In this document: positions 13,101-24,719 of the stretch, piece after piece
How the letters are laid out: every line of letters begins with the position of its first letter
How positions within the stretch are numbered: the stretch's first letter is position 1
Origin: Vicugna vicugna
Taxonomy: Eukaryota
Length of the DNA: 64,000 bases
Direction: 5' to 3'
Assembly: GCA_013265495.1 (NCBI GenBank)
Contig: MU058451.1
Location: 1,712,167-1,776,166 of the forward strand
Program-made: the position numbers and the translations under genes
Notes under the pieces: generated by a model
The model's input: only the letters and a program-made list of their open reading frames with translations
What the model was told of the DNA's origin: nothing
Database searches by the model: none

Positions 13101-14959
13101 AAAGCTGAAAAAAATTATAACAATATGGAAAAAATAAAGTAAGCTACTTAGAATATTTTTTAAGTGATGAATGAAAAGAAAATATTTTGAGTTCTTGAAA
13201 GTCTAAAAATCTCTTTAATTTCCCTCAGATTTTATTGACAGTTTAGCCAAGTATAGAATTCTAGGTTGAAAACAGTTCTTATTCAGAAATCTGAACACAT
13301 TGCCAGTGAGAAGTCCGATGACAGCCTGATCCTTGAAAGCTCTTAGGAATTTAGCATGCGTCCTTAAAGTAAGACCGAAGAATTGAAGACCAAAGAAATT
13401 CCAGATGACTTTCTCCCTTATATTTTCAACTACAGACGAACTTCAAATTTAACTTATAGACAGCTGATCTGTTAAGAAATCTGAAGATTGCTTATGCTAT
13501 TTAAAAATAACTCATTCTTACAGCCTTTAGAGCTATGTAACTAATTGGCTATGCCTATCAAATTATCAGGACAGGGTCTTTAATACATATTTGAATAAGG
13601 AGTTTGAATCTTATGTGGGTGCTTGTCTCTTTTTATGCTATGTTATAACTCAGAAATAGTGAAGTCCTACCCCCTAATCAAGCACTATTGAACCTAATAA
13701 AAAAAAAATTGCATGAGACTAATCATTATCTGTAAAGACAAAAGCATCAACAGGCTGATTTAATCAAGGGAGGCTGCTCAATATCTTTGGATATAAGAAT
13801 TTTAATTAAAAGTGGTATGTGTTTCAATTTTTCATTTCCTTACCTTAAATGGGAAGATTGCCAAGCCTGAAGGCATAAATACAAGCCAGAAATCATTAAA
13901 ATATATAATAAAAGCTAGACTTTTAAGTAAACTTTTTTCATGTCCTTATACTCTGAGTTCATTTTTGGTAAAAAGAAAGCTAGTAGTGTTACCTTAGTTG
14001 AGTTATCCTCTAAATAGTATATGTACCAAATCGACATTACAATCCAGAAGTTATTCGTAAGCTTATTTCCTTCTACAATTCTGCTTCTGTGTTACTTATT
14101 GTTACCAAAGAAACATAATCTCCTTTTCTGCAACCAGAAAGTCAATCATGAATGCCCCCAAATGATATTAAGAAACATAAACAATATTACTGATTATTAC
14201 TTGTTTCTTAATTCTGTTTACAATTTGTAGGTAATTTCACATGGCTGATTTCTGAATTTGTATTGAATTATCTATTCCCCTTAAAGCCATACAAGATTTG
14301 GGGCCTAACTGCCCTGCATCCAACATCCCAGCAGCATAGGCAGCTTGGGTGCTGCTGTCAACTGTTCCCACACCTGAACGCAGAAACACAAGGCAGCGTT
14401 TCCACACGGGGGCTTCCACACTGTCATTCCCTTGCTGGTCCTTAGCGCTCAGAGCAAAATGTGTGCTTTTGTTTTGCAACATTCTATTCAATTTTCTGCC
14501 TACTGGATTTAGCTTAACTGGATGTTATGTTACTACTTTTTTTCCAGTAGTCGAGGCTGTCTTATATTTTTAGTAAACAGTTAAAGTACATTATTTTGTT
14601 TCATGAAATTTCAGCCTCCTGTTGAAATCTGGCAGCACTGAGATCAGAAAAAAAAAGAAAAGGACAAATTACAGGTCAGTGAGCCTGTCTTACGGGGGTC
14701 ACTGCCTTCTATACTGTTATTTTCTCTGTAGTTGCACCCCCCCTCAACATGGGAGTCAGCTCCACCATGAATTCATGTTAAACTCCCATTTCACCATAAA
14801 CTTAGACAGACCTGCGTCTTAATTTTTGTGTGTGGAGAATTACAAACCTATGGTTTATCTCACCAAATCTAACACTAATAACACTGCAATCTATGAAACA
14901 GAACTTATATGTCATTCTTAATATCTTACATTCATGTAGTACATCACATCTTATGAATT

Positions 14960-15150
14960 ATACACTATATATTTAATCTCATTTAATCCTCGGAGAAATT
15001 CCATGGGAAGGGAATTATTAGTCCTATTTTACAGAAGAGAAAACAAAGGTTCAGAGAGGTGAAGAGAGTTCCCTAGGTTCACACAGCTATTCATTATCAA
15101 AGTCAGGACATTAGCCCAGCCTTCTGAAACCAAGTTCATGCTTTTACAAA
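14960..15150 (-). mobile_element. MIR SINE
   Basis: Core motif ctcatttaatcctc...cctattttacagaagagaaaacaaaggttcagagaggtgaag. Confidence 0.8.
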
Positions 15151-15529
15151 TATCTTGCACCTACTCTTCTTCCCCTCTGGTTATTTCCCACATATTACAA
15201 TGGGGACAAATTAAAAAGAGAGCAACAGTTCACAGTTTGATATTTTTCAGTGTATCTTATTTCAGGTTAGTGAGAAAAACAGCCCCTGGCCTGCCAATCC
15301 CGGTTTTTCTCAGCCTTGCCCCAGCCTACATGGTCAGTCCTGTTACTCTCCAATTTCTCGTGTATACTTTTGCTCTAGTGAGGCTGAGCAACTTCTTTTC
15401 TAAGAAATGTTAAAAATTTAAATTGTTACAAAAAGTTTTGTTATCCATGAATTTTGACCAAGTCCTGGTCAAAATTCTGTGAGTAAGCTACTTTAGAGGG
15501 CACACAGGGGAAGGAAGAGTGGCCATTTC

Positions 15530-15740
15530 TTGAGTGCCTTTTGTGGTTGATATCTTTGCATAGATTAGTTTAATTAGCCTCTAAAATAAGCTTGCAACAT
15601 AGGTACATCCTTTTCCTCTCTGCAAGCAAGGAACCTGAAGCTTAGAGAAGCTGAGTAACTTGCCCACTCTCACGGCAATGTCTTGAGTTTGTTTTGAACT
15701 TCATAGATGATTGTAATTTCAGAGCTCGTGGTTTTTCATT
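15530..15740 (-). mobile_element. MIR SINE
   Basis: aaggaacctgaagcttagagaagctgagtaacttgccc. Confidence 0.6.
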
Positions 15741-16374
15741 TTTTCTTTACCAAATGTCCCTCAAGTTGCTGATGATCTAATTAGAGAAACAGATGACCTT
15801 GCAATGCTCTATAAAAAGCAATGATGAGACCGCATTTAGCACATATATTAGACATCCAGTATAATATGTGGGAGAAAGGAGTATGTTGATTCTAAAGGCT
15901 CAATGCTACTATTTTCTAAGAGAAATAAATAGCAGATAAGGTGTTATCGTTTCAGAGAGAACAAAATCTCTTCCGCCTAAAGTAGTCAAGGAGGGCTTCA
16001 GGAAGTAAGTGAGGTTATGATTATTATTATTTAGGTGGGACTTCTCAGAATTCTGATTGACGGAGAAGGAAGGAGGGAGTATTTCAAGATAAGAACATGG
16101 TGCGGTTGAAAAGTGTGGAGTTGGGAAAGGCTGAGTCTCTTTGAGGGATAGTGTCTAAAGGAATATGTGTGGGGAATGAGGCTGCAAACGTGGGCTGGAG
16201 TCCAATCATGGAGAGGTTTGAGCCTCAGGCTGAGGGGTTGAGGATTTATTCTATAGGTAGAAGGGAATCATTTTTAAATCCAGGTGTGATGGGATGATAG
16301 GAGTGTTTTGGGAACGTGGTCATGGGGAGAGAATTCATGCTAGAGGGAATTGTGGGAATGAGGTAAGGTATGAA

Positions 16375-16410
<36 letters not shown>

Positions 16411-16790
16411 TGTGAATGTCTGTGTGTGCATGCACCTGCAAGACTGAGTTAGGAGACATGAAGAAAAATCAAGGAGACTTGGTCAGTAGCTGGATGTGTG
16501 AAGGAGCAAGCGATGGGTTAAGATGCCTGCCAGTGCTTTGATGCAGGACCGTGAAAAGAAGAGCAGTAACTTAGAAGGCCTGGTGATCAAGGGGCGGAAG
16601 TATTTCAGGTGAATTGATTTGAGGTGATGGCAGAATATCCAAGTGGAAGGCCCCAAAAGACAGTTGGAAGGGTCCCATTAATTGCAATTATCAAGGATTA
16701 GAAAATCTGGTTTGGGAGCCAACTGCGTATAGATGAAAGTTCTAGAGGCAGTGATGGGCACCAAGAGAGAAAAAGGCAGGAACATCAGAG
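15740..16790 (-). mobile_element. L2 fragment
   Basis: tcaaggagggcttcaggaagtaagtga; ttgatttgaggtgatggcagaatatccaagtggaagg. Confidence 0.6.
16378..16408. repeat. (GT)15 microsatellite
   Basis: Direct reading. Confidence 0.95.
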
Positions 16791-17205
16791 CGGAGGATGT
16801 GGTCAGCACTGATTCTGGCTTTCCTGATTTTATCATTTCCATGCAGCTTTCCAAGGGACAACCCAACTTGTGGGAGAAATCATTACATATTTTTTCAGCT
16901 ACTAAAACTGTCACTCTAGCTGTGATAGATATAAAATTGTCCATAAAGTGTGATAGGAAGGAAATAGGGAAGGAATATCAAATAAAAACACCAAAAACTT
17001 AGCTAAATCTATAAATTTCTAAGGAAAAAAATGCAGTACTTTGTATAGAAATCATTTACTCTGACTTTGGCAAGTAAATTTTCATTTAGACATAGACTTA
17101 ACAGAATTTTAATTCTCTAAATCATAAATAATTATGGATAAAGGTATAAGTAGTCCAAGTATTTAATAATGTTAATATTTATTATATGATATAACTATAT
17201 ATTTT

Positions 17206-17311
17206 CTTTTTTATTGTTTTTAAAAAATGTTTTAATGGAGGTACTGGGGATTGAACCCAGGACCTCGTGCATGCTAAGCACGTACTCTGCCACTGAGCTA
17301 TACCCTCCCCC
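17206..17311 (-). mobile_element. tRNA-Ala-derived SINE (camelid Vic-1 type)
   Basis: Minus strand reads GGGGGAGGGTATAGCTCAGTGGCAGAG...CTTAGCATGCACGAGGTCCTGGGTTCAATCCCCAGTACCTCCA plus an A-rich tail. Has A box, B box and AGC anticodon. Degenerate TSD tataactatatatttt (17190-17205) / tagaactgtatagttt (17312-17327). Confidence 0.88.
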
Positions 17312-19384
17312 TAGAACTGTATAGTTTCAAAATACAATGTGGCCCCAAGACATATTACATAATGTGCCTTATTATTTAAAGGATCAAATAAAGTATCACA
17401 ATTCTTAGGTGCTCATTACATTAGCAAGCATTATCAGGATAAAATGTTCTAAAATACATTTTTTTTTCTTAAGAGAGTAAGAAAATTAGCTCTTTATCAT
17501 GAACAACTTACATTCAAGTCTAAGTATCATTTTGCTTTGCTTTGTTTTGTTTTAAAGAGGTGCTTACTATAAGCACTTTGAGAACAGTATTTTATAATAA
17601 CTTTTCGTATCTTATAAAATGGATGTTTTAAGAACAGAAGTTTTGGTTATCTTTAATCTCACTCCTCTGTTGTATTTAGTTCGTGACACTGAACACAATC
17701 TCAGTGTTACTTCTATTCATACTGAGGGATCATTCTTCAGACATAGGGTTTCTAAATCTTTGTTTCCTCACCAGTCACTCTGGTAATACAAATGTAATGT
17801 TCCTTTGCCCTATTTTCTTCTTTAATCATTTATGTTAGTCTTTTCCAAATTCCATATAATCTGGCCACATTCTTTTGGTAATAAAGTACATAAAATCGAT
17901 TGTAATTTTCCGGGTCAAGTCATAACAGAGTCATTTAAATGTCAACAGTCCTATTTTTCAAATGGGGATGTCTGAGTACTTTACAGCTCTGCACACCGAA
18001 CAGGAATATTGTCTATGGGCACTCAAATGTCATGCTTCAGGGAGTACACTGGAGAGTTTGTAAAGAGATAAGCAAGTGCTCCTTCCCTCCTCAGCATTCA
18101 CTATTTAACTAACTCAATTTATCCACTCTGCTTTTTTGTTAACTTTTTTTTTTTTGCATTAGTTTTCAGTTCTACAACTATTGGTAATTGCCATAGGCGA
18201 TACAGAAAATTACATAAGCCAATAACCTGGCACTGTATTGAAATTCTCTTCCTGGTAACTATCTTGAGCTTGTAGTTCTTAATAGGTAAATGTCATTTTA
18301 TGTATATAGAGAAACACATTCTCCTCCAAACAACAATTTCATGATTTCCTATAGGGTGCCCTTCAAATTTTCAAATGAACTTTGTGTAAGATGCTAAAAT
18401 TAAAGATTTCTCCTTGGACTATAATTATCAGAAATGTTTTAAATTAGTGCAACTTATAGTAGAAGATATGATGAGGCTTACGCTAGATTTCTTTTGTGTC
18501 AATTATTATTAAATATAGTTGTCACAACTATTCAGGAATTTCAAAGCAGTACAAGAGAATGACACACTCCTTTTTGTGTGTGCCGTCACACAAGTAACTA
18601 GTCAGAACTGATAAACAGGTATTCCCACCTGGTACCAGAGATGCGCACCCCCAGCTAATATCAGGGGCTAGTTTGGGAGATAAATATACAAAGTAAAAGA
18701 GGGAACAACAGAAATTGTCTAATTTCTGCATGTGAGATTTCACCCCCCCACCGACTCCAATTAGCGTGAACCACAGAAGGGATGTGGTTTTAATTTTTGT
18801 TTCTGTTTTCCAGAGAGGTTAGGTTTTCTATTGAACTCACTTTCTTGTGTGGCGGAAAGGAATATGATAGGACAAATCATGGCTGACCTGGCGCTCATGA
18901 AGATTTTTAGTGACACTAACATCTCTGTCAATGCAGCTCTGTGTGAACTGATGCATTGCTGGGGCAGTACGGTGACCTCCTGATAGCAGGAGCAGAAAGT
19001 CCCATCAGATTGCTTTCATGCTAATTAGACTCATTTAACAGGCTGAGTTTCCACGTCTGATTCTCGTTTCCCATATCTGATTATTCTACGAGCAATGCAA
19101 TCAACTAAATCAAACAGGAAATATGACAGATTCTGACATCTAGTTGGGCCTGGTTGAGCTATGCATAGAGTAAAAGTGGGGGGTGGGGGTAAGTAAAAAA
19201 TAGTCTTTTCAAAATTTTCATCTCTGGAATTTTAATTCCAGTTAAAATCACTTGCTCTTGTGTTCTAAAATACATACCAGTGGTTGTTAAAAGAAGTCTT
19301 CATTTTTTTTAATTGAAAAGGAGGAGATGAATAAACAGAACCAAACATCTAAGATGCACAATGACAATATTTGACTTCAAATTT

Positions 19385-19403
19385 TATATATATATATATA
19401 TAT
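19385..19403. repeat. (TA)n microsatellite, about 9 units
   Basis: Direct reading. Confidence 0.85.
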
Positions 19404-20844
19404 AAAATATATAACATATTATGTGAAGTAAAATATTGAATGCTAAAATTAGCACATATATTTAATTCCATAAATGGGCAATTTGTTAGTAGTAAATAAG
19501 CAAAGGTTTGCATTAGTGAAAAATATCGTTCTTTTATTTCTTTAGCATATTTTAAGTAAAATGTGCTTATTTTTATATCTGTCTGCCTTCTGATCTGTGT
19601 TTATCAGTTTTAACTAGTTACTCACATCCAGTCATCTTTAATACTAAAAACTTTTCAATATTTACTATATTAAGTTCTTGATATAATGTTACTGAATATA
19701 CAATGCTAGGGTGCTTTAAAAAAAAAGCTTTGATTTTGTATTTATTACCACAATATATTTTGTTGAGAACAAAACACTGAAGCAACTTTAATTAGCACTG
19801 AGAAATGATAACTGTCAGGCTATGGATTCTATATTAACGATCAATATTCCTACTCAGTACTGCAAAGAAGGTTTTGAAAGTTGCAAGGACAAGGAAGACC
19901 AAGAAACATGGCAGCATTACTATTTTGTCGTTCTGAGAATAAGCGGCCCTTTTGGAAATATGCCTCTGCTGAATGTAATGTCAGTTCAGGCTTCTTTCTC
20001 AGAAGCAAACAAAGGCACTCTTAGAGTATCTGCCACAATTTAAACCCAATTGCTTTGTTGAGTCCTAGGTCCACTAGGCAATTTGTCAGAAAAGATCATG
20101 GGTAACTAATTTGCTTTTGCTTGCCGTGGCTGTGATCATGGCTTCTGACAGACAAAGCCCTTGCATAGCCAGGAGGGACATATTATATCATTAGATCCAC
20201 TTTTTGCTTATAATCATGTAAAGTCTGGGGTTGAGAATAATGTCCCTGTATTTGCAAAGAGGGTTCTTTTGCTCGTGACTGGATGCTATTTCCTCCACTG
20301 TTGGAGATTATCCATTTCCTCCTTCTCCAAAGCCCAGATTATTCTAAGAGCCCTAGAAGCTTTCTGATCCACTGTGCAGGTGGTACGTTCATAATCAGGA
20401 TCTGTTCTGGCCTTCTGTGTGGATTGTGATCCACAAAGATATCTCCCTGTGGAAGCCTGAAAGCCTTCATCCTCTTCCATGGCAACATGTCTCACCCCAA
20501 ATGTGCCCAAGCTTGACAGATCAAATCTCAGACAAATGACTTGTAAAAAATTAGTGAGTGGGGTGGGTGGATCAGCATCAGTCTACCTGTTGGAAGAACA
20601 AAAGTTGCCCGTCCTACCTCCGTCCCCCTTAAAGACCAACAACAAATTCTTTCCTTTTCCTTCCTTTTCTCTTCTCTCTTTTTCTTTTCATAGATTGTAT
20701 TTCGCCACTCCTACATTCATCTTAGCCAGATTTCTATCCTAAAAATTAAAAATAATATTTTATACATTATTTCCCCACATGAACTGTACACAACCTGCGA
20801 AACAGGAAGAAAGATGTTATCAGTGTGGGATGAGGTAGAGGGAA

Positions 20845-21075
20845 ACAGCTTAAAATTTTAAAGTCACATGTCTTAGGTCAAATTCTAATTCTGACAGTGT
20901 GATTTCGGGCAAATAATTTAAATCTTCTCTTGTTCAGTCACTTATTTTATTAACTGGAATAATAATGATAGTATATACCTCAAAGAGCCATTATAAGGAC
21001 TAAATTAGCCACTATCAGTAAAGAATTTAGCCCAGTGCCTAATGTTGTAATGTCTTGCTGAAATTTACCTGTTAT
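20845..21075 (+). mobile_element. MIR SINE
   Basis: gtgtgatttcgggcaaataatttaaatcttctct...ggaataataatgatagtatatacctca. Confidence 0.65.
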
Positions 21076-23294
21076 TACACAGCACAAATATGTAGCAGGG
21101 ATGGAACTCAGATCTGACTAGGAGTCCAATCATTGCTCTACCATGTCCTGGAAAAATGTAGTTAAATATTTTTTATGCAGCGTATTTTTTGAATTTCCAG
21201 TTAACTGGCCCAAGAAATTCTTTACCCTCAACCTCATGGATTCCTAAGAAAAAATTAGGTTGCTTAGAAACCTAGGGAAGTAGTTCTAAAGATGGATTCA
21301 AACACAGTACTTACAGTTCTGCTACTACATAGCAAAAAAAAAAATATGTTATGTTTAAGCATTTGACATTTTCCAAGAAGTTCATGCTCAGTACAAGAAT
21401 TGTTTTTTTAAAAAAAATACAAATACAGTCAGTCTGGAGTTTATCTCTTACTTTAAATCTTCAAAGGGCAGCCAAATCTGTCTCAACAAAACTCAAAAGA
21501 ATCAGTGAGATAGTACTTATCTCCTCAATGAAGAACACACAAACAGCTCATTTATTTTTCAAGCCTTCACTGCAATGTACAAGTATAGGATTTCAGTGGC
21601 TGCTAGGATTCTGTGAGTTGCTCTAAATTGCCCAGCTTTCCTACACTTTCAATTAAAAGGGAAAAAGAAGGCACTTTAAGTCTAAAAATGTGGTAAATCC
21701 TAATCACTCTTCAGTGGCTGCTTTCTTATATGACGATGAGCATCGTAACAGTATTTTCTCCATTTAAAAAAAAGTGTAGCCCTGATCTATGGATATATTT
21801 GGTTAATAATGAAAAGCCTAGTGTTCTCATGGTGCTGATGTTTGCAGAAGATTAATATTCACCCATCTTTGGATATAACCATGTTATACCAAATGAAACA
21901 AAACCTGCCTCTCAACTCTTAAAGATAACTCCTGTAGCTTATTAACATACATCCTTCCAGAATACATAACACACACACTAAATTTATGTTTTTGTATTTT
22001 TCCTTTAATGTAGTTCACATCACTTTTAAAGACTCTTCCTCTAAATTCGCTTTTATTTCTGTTTGATTTCACTCAATATGCTATATACACTTCTTTCCAT
22101 TTGACTTTTTAAATGAATTTAAATCAAATTCTAATTATTTAGTCTCCAAAAATTTGCAAATTCTTCCCCTTCTCCTTTTAGCATTTTAAAAAATGTTCAT
22201 TCTCCAGCCTTTTCTCCTTTATTCTCATCTATACAGGCTCTTCCCGTAAGTCAACTCGCCAATGAAAATTCCAGTTTGGTAAGTTAAAGTGTAGTCAGTA
22301 ACTATGTTATTCAGATTATACTAAATATTTTTCAGATACTTTATTCAACAAAAATTACCAAAAATCTATTTTTCTCGATATTGTGTGTATATACATCAAA
22401 ATTCCAATATACAGCATCGTGATGTATGAGGAAATACATTGTTCATCTAAATTAATCTTATGATACACATAAGATTACTTCAGGTTAACCTTATATTAAA
22501 GTGATTTATTTTACCAAGTGTTATGAGGAAAGCATTTTGACATAGTAAACAGATATTTCTCCTCTTTTTTATTAACATGATTTCATCTCATGATAAATCT
22601 GAGAAATTGAAATACAAGCAAAAGGAACATTTCATAAACATTAATAAAGGTCAAAAAAGATGGCTTAAGAAGCAATGTGAAAATATGTCTAACTTTTCAG
22701 CTAGATCGTTTTGATCTTTTGTTTGGAGAATAATTTAAAAAATACATAATTATACAAAAAATACAAAACACTAAGGCAATAAAACCACGTGGTGATAATC
22801 AACACAAGAGCCTTAGCAGCCATCCAGAATTCAAGCTGTGCATATGGAGAACTCAGCTTTTCAAAAAAAATGTGTATATTAAGGTAATTCTCTGTAATCC
22901 ATTTGAGCTATGAGTAATTTAGTAAGTAGAATTAGATTTTATTTCCAAAGGTTGTTTTCCGTATCACTGCATGCTTACAGACAAGACTCAGGCATGATGG
23001 GTCCTAGCACCCTACTTCCTGTTAGTGGAGATAGCAGCAGTGTTTTACACGATAAATAATTTGCTCTCTTGACCTATGACCACTTAGTAAGAAAATGGAT
23101 TTAAATTTCTAAACTCTTACGGAAATTTAAAATAAAAAATACTTTTAACAAATACTTGTCAAATAATTAAATTCTTATTGAAGGTGATGAGTGATGTTGA
23201 TGTGGGCTAGGAAAGTAAGGGGATTTTTCACCACCCATAAAATGTGTGAAAGATCATACTACTTTACGTTTAGGCACACCTCAAAATGAATCTT

Positions 23295-23437
23295 TTTTTC
23301 TTTTTTCTTTTGTTTCATGAGGGGGAGGTAGGTAGGTTTATTTATTTATTTATATTTGGAGGAGGTACTGGGGATGGAACCCTGGCCCTCCTGCCTGCTA
23401 AGTATGCGCTCTACCACTTGAGCTATACCCTGCCCCC
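23295..23437 (-). mobile_element. tRNA-Ala-derived SINE (Vic-1 type) with TAAA/cctac tail
   Basis: Same head sequence; TSD aaaatgaatctt (23283-23294) / aaaacgaatctt (23440-23451). Confidence 0.88.
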
Positions 23438-23487
23438 TAAAAACGAATCTTAAGCAGTCTTTCTAGACGAAATATTTTGTAAATTCC

Positions 23488-24180
23488 ATTCATTTAACAA
23501 ATACCGAGTGCCTGACAAAAGTTGCAAAATAGTATCTGTTGGATGAATAGGTATCTCAAACGTGCTTGGCTTTGGGTTATAGGGGAAAAAATGCAAAGTG
23601 ATATGGAATCCACCCTGGAGAAACATTTAAAGTGGTAAGGCTTGTACATAGAAAGCACATGTATTCTGTAGGGCGCGGAAGGTGATATGTCTTTAAAAAG
23701 ATAGTTCTGACCACGTACTACGTACGTACGACAAAAGGGAGGGGTCACGGAGGAGGCCAAGTTTGAAGCGGGCCTTGAAGTGCTGGAATGGTTTAGACCT
23801 AAGACTGGGAGAGGCGCATCCCAGGAGAGACTGGCGTGCAGTGCACAGAAATCAGCAGACACTGTTTAGTAGGGAATGGGGACGCTAGGAAACGTTCATG
23901 AACAGAGAAGTGTTATGTCAGGGTGCAGTCGGGGAAGAGTAACCTGCAGGAAGTACTTATACGACACTGGAAAGGCTGGAGGCGAGGCGCAAGAATGGAT
24001 ATTCTGCAGGTCCCTCGAAATGTGGAGCTGAGTCTTGAAAACTGGTCAGGAGTTGGCAATAAAGGTTTGGGGATCTGGGAGTCCTTTTCCTTCCCCTAGT
24101 GTACTTGAGAAGTACTTGAGACGCCCGGAGGACAGCAGAGGACCAGCACAGGTCTTGGGCGGAGGGCGATGGCGTCTGAA
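23488..24180 (-). mobile_element. L2 fragment abutting the CpG island
   Basis: cattcatttaacaaatacc end motif; cacggaggaggccaagtttgaagcgggccttgaag. Confidence 0.55.
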
Positions 24181-24719
24181 GGACCAACGTTTATACTAAG
24201 CATCCGGCCCAACATCTAGCACCTCGGAAAAAACCACTTAGCACAAGGTGAGGTCCGCGGAGAGGTGGGAAGTCAAAGTGTAGAGAATCCTAGATGGTAG
24301 CGCATCCCAGTGTACGTCAGGGCTAAAACAGAAGAAAGAATTAAATGAGATATTTTAAATTGAGTGTATTTAGACCTTCTTCCATAGCTGTATTTCCCGA
24401 CCTAAAGAAACTCAGAAAGGAGTTCCAGCTTTAAAAATATTGTCATGGCCTACATTCTTTTTAAAAGGGGTTTCAAGCTACGATGGTTTCCTGAAAGCCG
24501 GTAACTATGCCGGCTGTCTCTACCTCGTTCTTGTTAAGGAGCACATAGGTCAGGAACCCGGAGAGCCCAATGATGTTATTATTCAAGTTTATCCTGTCTT
24601 TACCTTGACTTGAAGGTGGAGAAAGGTCTGGGTGTCCATCTGGTGGCCTCGCCAAGGAGGAACTTGGCTCAGTTCTCTGGATGGCAGGGAAAGCGGGCAA
24701 AAGAAAGCAAGCCAGAGTA

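Noticed and set aside
17236..17311. Apparent tRNA-Ala(AGC) gene
   Set aside because: It has an extended 5' end, an A-rich tail, a TSD and two diverged sibling copies, so it is a SINE.
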